The position numbers and the translations under genes are program-made. DNA of 64,000 nucleotides from positions 35,962,001 to 36,026,000 of the forward strand of contig NC_087447.1 in assembly GCF_036321535.1 (NCBI RefSeq), written 5' to 3'. Of the stretch, positions 14,610-26,000 are shown piece after piece. This stretch comes from Camelus dromedarius (Eukaryota). A model generated the notes under the pieces. That model had not been told where the DNA came from. It did no database searches and worked only from the letters and a program-made list of their open reading frames with translations. The number at the start of each line of letters is the position of its first letter. Within the stretch, counting starts at the first letter, position 1.

Positions 14610-15140
14610 TAACAGGAAAAAAATGCTGAGCTGAACAAACTGCAGATCAACAGCTTTTCTTAGAGCCTTCAGAGAACTGAGGTGACAAGGCAAACCGCCA
14701 CCCTAAAAACTAGAGAGACAGGCCGATTGAGAGAACCACAGCCGAGATCACATAACCTTAAGCAGAAGGTACTAGAGCCATACACTGGCAGACGCATTTA
14801 CACAGTAACTCTAAAAATTGCTAAAGGATGAGTGGGGATTAGATTGAGAGCAAAAAAACTCGTGGAGTCTCAGTCTTACGGGCGGGCCACAACACTACCA
14901 TGAGTTTCACCTCCCGGAACCCCACTAGGCTCTCACTATGAACATCCAAGAAAAATCCCCTCCTGTTCTGAGCTTAGGGGAGAGAAAAAGTACCATTAAA
15001 AAATACACCCAGTGTGTTCTCCATAACAAAGGATGCTCTCAAGGGAAAAGACTTTGCCAGAGTCTTATCTGACCTGGGATAGGGATGAGGAGCCAACTCC
15101 AGCCCCCCGAGTCTTCCTGTCTCACCTAGGAAAAGCTAAA
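14610..15140 (+). mobile_element. Old L1 5'-region fragment (L1MC/L1M-like)
   Basis: gctgaacaaactgcagatcaacagcttttcttagag...tcagagaactgaggtgacaaggcaaaccgcc resembles old mammalian L1 5' ends. Recognised by eye only. Confidence 0.5.
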
Positions 15141-16153
15141 TTTATACTTCCAGGATGCTTCATTCAAAATGTCTGGAGGCAGCCCTTAATTTCTCATCCC
15201 CTTGCCAATCAAAAAGTGGCTTGTGACTTCTCCAAGCAAAACTTAAAATGCTCAGTGATCGAGTTTTACCACCTGGAGACCAGTTTTAAAATCAATTTAA
15301 CTGCAAAGTGCAGAACACAAGTGGCATTTGCTATTGTTACGAACTCACATACCTCTTTCTCCATCATCTTGCATTCTAGTAGTCTGATTGATCCTATTTG
15401 AATTTTTTCCTCACATCATTAAAAAGAGTGTAATCTACAGAAAACCAACAGGAAGACCTGGACTCAAATGCCAGTTACGCCATTTGCAGACTGCGGGACA
15501 GTGGGCATGCATGAAGATGATGACGCTTGTCATCGAACTCTGCCTCTTTTTCAATTTCTTCTTGATTTACTGCACGGCTACAAAACAAAAATTAAGTGTT
15601 GGTCACTAACTACAACTAGACTTGTCAATATTTCTCCCTAAAGAAAATACATTTCTCACTCCCTCTTTTATTAGTTAGGCTATCTTAAAAGTCACATCAC
15701 AAATATTAACATTTTCTTTATATTTTTCCTCATGTGAAAAATAGATTGGAATTTAGGCTTATGGTAATACAAATCTGTTATATTAGCATTAAATAAATGC
15801 CGTTGTAAACAAATCTTGGTTAAAAAAAAGTAGAGCCATCTCCCAAAGGATTTTTTACCACTACTTCTAAATTGCAGTTTCTTTTAGTAAGAGTGAAATA
15901 TTCTAGAGGACCATTGTCTTTTAAAATATAATTTTAATTACATATACCTAAGTATTCTATAAAATATACATGCTTCATGAAAATTTATACGTGAAACAAA
16001 ACTCCAAATTCCAAATACATACCACTAAGTCAGCTAAACCAAAGACTACCTAATATCTAAAGAAATATGAAGAATGGGATAAATCAACAACAGGACTGGT
16101 ACTTTCTAACAGAGCTGGAAAGAATACTATTAGCAACTCTTGAAGAAACAATG

Positions 16154-16419
16154 AAGGGGGAGGATATACCTCAAGTGGTAGAGTGCACGCCTAGCATTTA
16201 CAAGGTCCTGGGTTCAATCTCCAGTACCTCCTTTAAAAATAAATTAATAAACCTAATTACCTCCCCCTTCAAAAAAAAAAAAAAGCAGTTTTGGGGGAGG
16301 GTATAGCTCAAGTGGTAGAGCACATGCTTAGCATGCACGAGGTCCTGGGTTCAATCCCTGGTACCTCCCCTAAAAGTAAGTAAATAAATAGATCTCCCCC
16401 TACAAAAAAAAATAAAGGA
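16154..16419 (+). mobile_element. Two head-to-tail tRNA-derived SINEs (camelid Vic-1-like)
   Basis: Each unit has a Pol III A box (tagctcaagtggtaga) and B box (ggttcaatc) plus an A-rich tail. The pair is flanked by aagaaacaatg at 16143-16153 and 16420-16430. Confidence 0.85.
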
Positions 16420-17199
16420 AAGAAACAATGGTCACTTGGAAATGCCCAACACTCATAAATACTGGAATTTCTTATGTCCATATATAATCTTAGGGTAACA
16501 ATTCTTTTTTCTTAATAATATAAATTATAATAATTTGCTGGAAGCTGTGAGGTATGTCTACATTAATATCCATTATTTACTCATGTCAGAAAAGCATTTT
16601 AAAATTTCTCTAAGTTCTCCTACAATTATTTTTTTCTTTAATTGAATATATTTGATACATAACACTGTGTAAATTTAAGGTATAAAATGTGTTACTTTGA
16701 TGCGTTTAATATATTGTAATACGACTGCTGTTGCAGTGATACTGTCACATTACATTAATTGTGGTACAATACTGTTGTCTCCAATTACTTTCTGATTTAA
16801 CCCCAGTCCACTATCTAAAAAAGTTTATCTCAGGTAAATCCCTGTCTTATCACAATACCAGTTACAGATAGAGACAACAAAAGGATATTCTAGACCATTT
16901 AAAAATATTTCCTACAGTTTAAACAAAGAGATAGGAATTCTCCATCTCTATAGAAATATACTCTGCTGAGTGATTTTTGTGGGTTTTTTAAACTGTATAT
17001 AAGCAGAACTCTTTTAGCTTGCTATATTTAACTTTGGGATCCATGATTTAAGGAAAAAAATCTGAAGTGTTTGAAGCAGTATGCCATGATTATTTTAAAA
17101 TTTGTAAAAGCAGAACTAAGAGTTTTAAAAATTATTATTGTTAAGAGAAACAATGTAAAATTTTGAGGTATTACAGTAGATTGGTTCACTCAATAGCTT

Positions 17200-19470
17200 T
17201 AAACATGCAATCCTGCAATAGAGGGGTAGGAAATTTAAGTATTATTTCCCAGCCTCCCTTGCAGCTAGGGTCCCAGATATGATTGGTCCAAATAATCAGA
17301 TGCACTCACTTGAAACTTGTACTCAGAACCAAGTAACATGGGGAGAGAAGCAGGACATGAAGTATCCATTTTTGCTGACCCAAAGAACGGCCGAAGTGGT
17401 GTGGTTCTGGAGCTGGCAACTGTTCAGTGGTTTCCTAATCCAGGGTGTAGCTTCCTGATCTGGCAGGCAGATTCTTGATTGTTCCAAAAGCAGCAGCTTC
17501 TTTGGCAGCCCACTCTTGTGATGCAGTTCCTAGAAGTTCAGCCTAAGTTCTGTTTTTCTAGCCCTCCCAAAGATGCCATGAGCCGTCTATTCCCCCTAAC
17601 AATCCCATTCTGTTTAATAGCTAAAGAAGGTTCCATTACCTACAACCAAGAATCTTAACCTGTAGCAACTAAATTTGGTAGCTAGGAGTAATGTGTAGCA
17701 ACTAAAATGATCTTAAAAATGGAATTGGCTTGGTGGAGGAGGTAGGGCTTTGGGCAGTGATACCGCATGCCAACTGAGGTTAAGGTTTCAGAGAAAGAGG
17801 TGGTAGAACTTCAGAATGCTAGCATGTGTGGGCTGTATCTTGCCTCTTTCAGCAAAGTCCTGCAAGAGAGATGTGACTCTGGCTAGGGTGAACAGGTCTG
17901 CAGAGATGGAAAGGAATACAGCTTTGCTAAGGGAACTGCTCTCTATCTACCAAATAAATTCACACAGTCCCAAATCTGGAGCTCTGAAGAATTGAAGAAG
18001 TCAACTACTTCACTCTAAACTGAAACAGTTATAAGTAAAGGTTCTGAGGAAAGTGCCAAAGCTTTCACAACCTTTCCAAGAAACTTCCTTTAAGAATTTT
18101 CTGCCAAGTAACGAGAGCCATCCTAAAGAAAAAAAATCAGATTAAGATGATTGTCATCCCCATCCAAGCCTATAGTTTAAAACGATCCCAGGTAGGCACC
18201 ATTCACTTAAGACCTAAGTGGAGAAAAAGAACACAGAGGCCAGCAAGTAAAAGATGAGGTTCATTGTCAAGAACTATGTCTTACAAGATCTTTGTGGTTT
18301 CTCATGGTAACAATCGAAGAAAACAGACCAGAAACATACTAAGACAGGGAACTGTCTTGCCAAAAAGCAGAACAAAACAAAAACAAAAACCCTAAACCTG
18401 GCCTCAAACAGCCTGTGACTATCTGTTACATTTCCCAAGGCCCCAGAGCCACACCAACAGGAAGTGAAGTGCAAAGGCTGTTCAGCCACTAAGAAGGGGA
18501 CACTTTCCAATGCCCACTTGTGTCCTTGAAGATTAATGGACAATAAAAACTTCCTAGAGGGCAATGCCAAAGGCCCCTGAGGACATCAGAAAAAGGAGTT
18601 CCTCCCAGAAAGATGCATCAGGGGTGGCCTGATGGAAAAATGAAAGAATGTATTTCTGGACGGAGCAGAGAGACCTTGCTATTTCTGCCGAGCAGTATAT
18701 TTTAAATTGTTAGAGACAGATGCCTGGTACGTTTTCTGTTTTTCCCTCTTGTAAAAGGTTGATTTTATTGCAGTTATCCCGTACCAAATTATGCATACGT
18801 TGCTCGTGGGGCGGACATGCTGCTCTTTAGTTTTTAGATGGCCAGAACATAAGAAACCACATCTTGACCGGTTGGACGGGACTATACTCATATATCATGG
18901 GCTTTGAGCTACACGCAATAATGGATTGGGTTTTGGTGGTTTCCTTTTTGGGGTGGGGGAAATGAGCATTTTCTATGTTTCAGAAGAATGTACATAGATA
19001 TTTAGGTAGCCAAAAGGCTGTTTAAGTTAAAACTATAAGTTGCCTACCAAACATTCCTTCTTCCCTTCTTAAAAGAAATTCTTCCTTAGTTAAAGAATCC
19101 TAACTTTTAGCTGGTGCCATTGCTACATGGATTTCTCAGCTTCCCTAGCAGCTGGATGGCCATATGCCACCATCCTGGCCAATGAGATGCAAATTCAAAT
19201 GCTGTGTGGTTCTCTGGGAAAGCTGCATCAGCTGGAGGAAGTTGCTTTTGTTGCCTTTCCCCACTGCCTGCAAAAGTCATCTTGGACACTGAGAATGAAG
19301 TAAAACTTGAGGATGAAAACCATGCACTTGAGGAGAGCAGAGCAGAAAGTCAGGCACCTAGACATCACCTATTTCCAGGTTTCTTTTATGTAAAAGGCAA
19401 AAACTATTTAGTTTAAACCACTGTTATCTTTGGTTTTTCTGTTACATGTAGCAAAACCTGATCTTAAATG
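17200..19470. mobile_element. Ancient ERVL/MaLR-type remnant (LTR-like ends with internal sequence)
   Basis: LTR-like motifs ttcccagcctcccttgcagctaggg (about 17250) and ttctcagcttccctagcagctgg...ctggccaatgagatg (about 19140), with MaLR-internal-like sequence between. No coding capacity seen. Confidence 0.4.
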
Positions 19471-19975
19471 ATGGAGTTTGAAGCAAAAATATGAATGAAA
19501 AATGACCTGAAGTGATACAGCAAAAGCTATTCAGTAGAAGAATTTCTCACAGGTAAGGTTGCTGAAAGTAGAAAAAAGTTTCTAAGAAACACCAAGGAAT
19601 ACTATGGTCTTCTCAGGAGAAGAATTATCAATATCAAAGAGACATTTATTGAGCTAGGGTATGATAAGCACCCATAAAAGAGTATCTTTATGAGTAGGTG
19701 AGAGCAATTTATTCTAAAAGCAATGGATGGAGCTTCTCACTTAAATAGTTACTGACAGTTTGATTAAATTACGGGCATAAGGCCACTTATTTAAATCACT
19801 AAGGAGAACTAAATCACTAAAGAAAGAAAAAAGAAGGGAGGTATGAAAATGAGAGCAGATACTGAGTTTGTTTCCTTCCTGGTTCTGGTAGACTTCAATC
19901 TTTAACTATCTGGGTCCAAAAAAAAAGTTCTCATTTAAAAAGTATCGTCCTTTATTCCATATATGCTTTAAAATA

Positions 19976-19981
19976 TTTATT
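19976..19981 (-). terminator. NUCB2: Main NUCB2 polyadenylation signal
   Basis: AATAAA on the - strand about 85 nt after the TAA, with a second copy at 19951-19956. Confidence 0.75.
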
Positions 19982-20066
19982 GGGCAGAGAAAAAGGAAGG
20001 GAGGTAAAAAGATGACACAGATGATGACTTAAGAGCTTTCTTCCAAGTTCTGGTGGACTTCGGACT

Positions 20067-20074
20067 TTAAATGT
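20067..20074 (-). CDS. NUCB2: NUCB2 exon 14 (coding part, ...HI*)
   Basis: Acceptor tttttttttgaacag then AC ATT TAA, completing the phase-1 C from exon 13. Confidence 0.9.
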
Positions 20075-23000
20075 CTGTTCAAAAAAAAACATGCAAACAT
20101 GCTCTCATTTTAAAGATATTTTCCTTTATTCTAATATTCTTTTATATATAGAGAGATATATTGAGTTCTTGTTTTTTAAATATGCTTAGTTAATCATAGA
20201 TTACAATTAAAAAGCATGTCCTCTAATAATATTATTAATAGATTAGGAAGAATTACTAATAATATTAAAATAAATCATTTTTAAACTAATAATAACTTGG
20301 GGGTGGAGGGTATAGTTCAGTGGTAGAGTGCATTCTTAGCATGCACAAGGTCCTGGGTTTAATCCCCAGTACCTCCATTTAAAATAATAATAATAACAAT
20401 AAAACAAATCATTTTACCATAAATCTGGCTATCAAATTATATAGCTTTTGAAATGTGCTGATGCATAAAAAATTTTAGTGGCTTTTTCATTTTTCTGTAA
20501 TACAAGTTGTTCTGTTTCTACAAGTATATAGAAAATAGAACAGATGTTAATGATTTGAAATTATACTTCTAATAAATGTGAATTTCTATTTATTCAATTT
20601 TTTATTTCCTTAAACAAACAAAGAAATTAAACAAAATTACATACGTGACTGGATCTTTGATTCTCCACCAGGCACTGATGGGGAAATTCCTTGTAATTTT
20701 TTTTGTTCCATCTGCTGTACGACCTAGTGAATGGAAAAAGAATGTCTCAAAAGTAAGAATTATTTGATTTTCTCTGATATGTTTGACCTTTGACAAAGCA
20801 TAACAAATTGACTGAAAATTGTTTTCCAAAATGGGATATTCAAATTCTAAAATTTAGAGTAATATTCAACAATGCAGTTTAAAAAAATACTAAAATTTAA
20901 AATTCTATAGAGACTAGTACATTGAAATATTATACTACAAAAACACAGGGCTTTCAGCAAAGCCCCTAAAATCCTTTTTAATGCCACAAGCCTTTTACAA
21001 AATACCACCTGATGATATTCCAGCTTCTGAGCCTCAAGTTGTTCATGCTGACGTTGCAGCTCTTCTTTCTGTTTCTGAAGCTCATCTGCCTTTTTCTTAA
21101 GTTCAATTTCTTGCACGGAGATAAGATTTTCATATTCTTTCAGTTCTTCTTCTGTGAAGAACTGTTGCTGATCCAATGTCTAAAAGAAAAAAATGAGAAA
21201 AGAATAACCTTAGACATAAAACAAGAAGGTCTGATTCAGCCTTAAAATTCTATGATTAGCAAAGTACAAAAGTATCTGTAGTTTTTAGAAATATCAGTGC
21301 TATGAGATACAAAGACTCAGGAACTGTTTCAGGTTAAAGGAGGTTAGAAAGACATTACAACTAACTCCAATGCAAGATCTTGGAATTTCTTTTGCTATAA
21401 AGGACAATACTGGGAACATTGACAAAAATCTCAACAAAGTCTACAGATTAGAGAATAGTATTGTGTGTGTAGCACTGACTATTTTACTGTGATTATGTAT
21501 GATAAATCCTTGTTTGCAAAAAATACACACTCAAGTATTTAAGGTTAAAGCAGCAGCATCTGCAACTTACACTCAAAAATAACGATATATATTATACACA
21601 GATACACACACAGAAAGAGATGAAAAATGGAGAAAGAGAGAAAAGGAGCAGGAGAAAGCAAATGTAGTAAAATGGGAATCTGGGTCAAAGGTATTCAGGA
21701 ATTCCTTGTTTATTCTTGCAAGTTTTTGTGTGTGTAAATCTGAAATTACGTCAAAGTGAAAAAGGTATATAATTATCTATTGATCCCGTTCACCAGAAGC
21801 ACTAAAGAGAATTCATGTTCAAAGAATCATAGCATTCTTCTTCACCAATGTCCAGAAATATATTAAATGTTAGACAAAAACTGACAACAAAAAAGCTGAC
21901 TTATTTAACCTCAAACTAAAATGACCAACTGTCCCAATTTGTCCAGGACTGACCCAGTTTTAGCACTGAAAAGTTCTACATCCTGGGAAACTCCTCAGTC
22001 CTAGGTAAACTATGACAGTTGAACATCCTATCTCAAACTGTTTTCTGGACAATTAAAAAGCTAATTAAAATAGTAATCTTTTTATTTTATATTTATTTTA
22101 TATTTTATATAGAAAAAGAAAATGTTTCTTCTTCAATCTATTTGGGGTGGTACCTCTCAAGCATTCATTACAGGATGTGTATGCACTCATTTATATATAG
22201 CAAGTGATGGTATAAATTGGAACACCTTTCTGGAGCAATCTGACAGATATATTTAGAGACTAAAAAATGTTCAGAAACCTTGAAAATAGTTTTATTCCTA
22301 GGAATTAATCCCAGGGAAATCATCACAGATGCCCAAAAGTGCATGAACAAATGGGTAGTCATCATAGTGTTATTTATCAGAGTAAAAAAAAAAAAATTGA
22401 GGTTGACTCATAATGTCTAAATCTGGAAGAATGGCTATACAAATACATGATAACCACACAAGTACATGGTAAGTGGTTATTTTTTAAATTGTGATTTTGA
22501 GAAATGGTATTGGAAAATGTTCATGAAATATTGTTGAATTAAAAAAACAGAATTTCACAAACAAAAAATCATTTATATAGTATGAAGCCGTTTAAAAATA
22601 TACGGATATAAATTTACATGTATATGTAAATTAAAAATGGGACAGTACACTATTTATACACTATATGCTATATATGCATATACTAAATATACAATTCCCA
22701 AATTGTCGTTACAAAATGCATAATTTAAGTGTCTACCTCTGGCTGGTAGAGTTACAGGTAACTTCTAACTCATTCTTTAAATACATGATATTTCTAATTT
22801 TCAAAACTGAACATTATTTTACAGTTTTAAAAAGATTCCTAATTATACGCAATGTGATTACCAATAGAGATCAATTGCCACAGCTTTCCAAGAAATCAAG
22901 TTCATTATTTTATGGTGACATTTTATATGAAAAGCCAAGCAGGTAAGACTATACATGCAAACATAATGGGGAATAAAGGTTAAAGTTAGAATAGACTGAT

Positions 23001-26000
23001 GCAGGATTTCTTGAACCGTACAACCAATTTCAAGTGGGTTTTATTACCTCCCAGCTATCCGGCTCCAAGAATTCCTTTTTTTCTGTAGCTTTCAAAAACT
23101 CTTCTAAAGTCACCAATCGGTCTTTGTTAGTATCAACCTGATTAAAGAAAAATGTGTATGTTGAATAAAATAACTCTTTTTCATTATTTAGACACTAGAA
23201 ATTCTTCTAAAAGATGCTACTACATAAGCTTACAGCAATTAGGGCTAGCCTAACATCCATAGAAAATAAGGGGAAAAAAACCGAAACAGAACTCTCAATA
23301 TTATTCTAGAATCAGAAAACATCTTTCTCTTCTATATAATTCAATTTTGAAAATACCCGATACTCCCAAAGATCACCAACTTTAAGTCTTCTGATCTGAC
23401 TAGCTAGGCTAGAATTATCTTCCTTCCTCACCACACCATGTATAATTCCTCTTGAAGCCAAATGGTTGAGCAAGAGACATAACCTTTCCAGGAGGAGGGC
23501 TGTTTTGGCCAAGAGAAAGGAGTTTAAGTTAAAATGCACTCAACATTTTTACCTAAAAACAAACAACTAACTATAAATCAAAACTACAGTTGACAACATT
23601 TCCAAATCCTCTTCAATGGCTCTTCAAGTTCAGTTACAAAAGTGAACTCCATAATGGCCAAATAAATTCATTAGTTACTTGGGATACCAGCAGTCAGTAG
23701 AAATCCCAATTCACCACAAATAGCTCAAATATCAGGTGAAAATCAGTGAAGCAAAACAGTGGGCTTAAGTTACCTTGCCTATGATATCTATTTCAGATTT
23801 TTCAGCTTAATAATGTGAACAAGAAATAAATATTTGTTGCTATAAACCATTAAAGTATTGAGGTTTTGAATTTCTTAGCAAAAACTAATACAGCATTTAA
23901 AATATCAAATAATGGCTACTTTATTTTTTACTTCTAAAAGAATGTTTTACAGCATTATTTCACGTACATTTTTTAAAATCATGATTTTGAGGAATAGCAT
24001 TGGAAATGCCATTGGAAAAGCATCCTAACCTTTTTAAATATTTTAAAGTAGTTACAAATAATTTTATTTACATTAAGGGAATCTACTGACTATTCTAGAT
24101 CAAAAGTGCAAAACCCAATTAAATACCTAGTCTATATATTTATTTTCTACTTTATGGGAAGATTTATTGCAAGAACTTGAATAATCCATAGAAGTAACAG
24201 ATAAACTTTAAAAACATACCTCATTCATTACATGTTCCCTCATTCTAAGCCTTTCTTCCTCCATTTCTACCATATCATCCTCTTCATTTTTGGGGTCGTA
24301 TACTTTCTCCAACTAAAAAGAAAATTTTAAAACCAACATAAAGGAAAGGAAGATTATAGAAAGGAAATAGAGGAAAAGCATTGAATAATGAGTTCATTTA
24401 CCTCTTTAGTAAATAGGGCTTCTAATTCTTGTTCATCTAGAAAGCCATCACTATTGACATCTAAAGTTTAAAAGTTATAAATGCAAAAACTGAATTTAAT
24501 ATCTTAGAAAATAGATAATTAAAATGTAACTAATTATAAATGGTTTACAGAAGTATTACAAGAAGCACCAACATGTTACAGAAAAAGGCTTCTTTCTTTT
24601 TTATGAAGCCTCAAATCAGTCCAACTGATAACAATTCACTTATTCATAATTCATAATAGTTTTTAAGAAAAATGTATATCTTAACCAATTTTTTCCCAAG
24701 AAATATAAAGTAAAACAATATGCCATAAGATTAAAAGTAAATTTTAATATTATACCATAAAGTCTGTTAGATATAACCTAGCTAGTCACTGAAATACCTT
24801 CATTTGACAGAGATATTTGTTATAAGTCATATAAAGACTAAAAGTAACAGCAGGTATAAAGACACTGCTTCTGACCTAAAATATTTTATACTGTAGACCA
24901 GCAAGAAAAACTATTATACTACCCTAGAGAAAAACTCTATAAACATTTACCATCAATAAGATTCAATTAGCAAAGCTTGGCAGAAATCAATTAAGAGTAA
25001 AGCATCTATAATTTGTCAAACAGAAGAAATAGATATTAATATTTATATCAAATCTGTCACCATGTAATTTGAAAAATGTCTTGGGGTCAAAGTCATTAGG
25101 ATCCAATCCATCAGCCTCTTCCCACACCTCTTTTAGTTGATCTTTGCTTCCCTGTGAGTCAATTAAAAAAAAAAAAAATCAAAACAGACTATAAGCTATG
25201 TAAATTGACTTAAAATAAAATATAAAATTGAGAAACTTCATAGAATTAAAAATCAAGATATTAAGCTTATAATTAATAACCTATGATAAAATTCTATTGT
25301 CTGGTACAAAGAAGTATCTTCATCTAATTACGGTTTTTTTAAGTCATAATTCTTACTGGATGATTAACTTTGGGATGATTTTCATGCTTTTTCTTCATTT
25401 CTTCAAATTTAGATTCTTCTTCTTTTCTCTTTTCTTCATTTAGTGTTTTTAAATATTCTCTCCTTTCATGTTCCTTCATCATTTCATATTTTTTAAATTC
25501 TTCATGTCGAGCCTTATCATAGTGTTCCAGATCACTTGTAGCCTATAATGCAATATTTAAAGTAAATAAGATGTGCTTGAAAAATATAAATAAAGGCTTT
25601 CTTGCATATTGCATACTCTCTAACAGAAGGTTGTATGAGGGGGCCGAAAAATCCTTGTCTCCTGTGTTAAATTCTACCCTTTCACTTTAGTCATGATCAT
25701 TACTAGTGATGTAGGCAACCAAAGAAACTAAAGGTTCAAGGCTAGCTTCAACTTTAGGAAGTTCCTCATAAGCAAATAACATATAAATTTATTTTAAAAA
25801 GAAGAAAAAGGAAGGGATTGTATCAAATCTGTACAGGGTGGAAAACTAGAATGGTTTCTAACCAATTAACTAAATCTAATAACACCCACGCTAGAACATC
25901 CTAGTTTGCTAACTTCCTACAGTACAACATGAGAGTCTACAAATTATTATCTAAAATTCCTAAGAAATTTAGTAATGTGTTTCAGAACTTTCTAGATTTC

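Noticed and set aside
15476..15577. Longer acidic reading (RAVNQEEIEKEAEFDDKRHH...) behind the 15577 acceptor
   Set aside because: Needs a phase-2 donor; none of the NUCB2 coding exons ends in phase 2.
16154..16420. Possible tRNA genes (A and B boxes present)
   Set aside because: Dispersed copies with A-rich tails and TSDs and no proper acceptor stem; these are SINEs.
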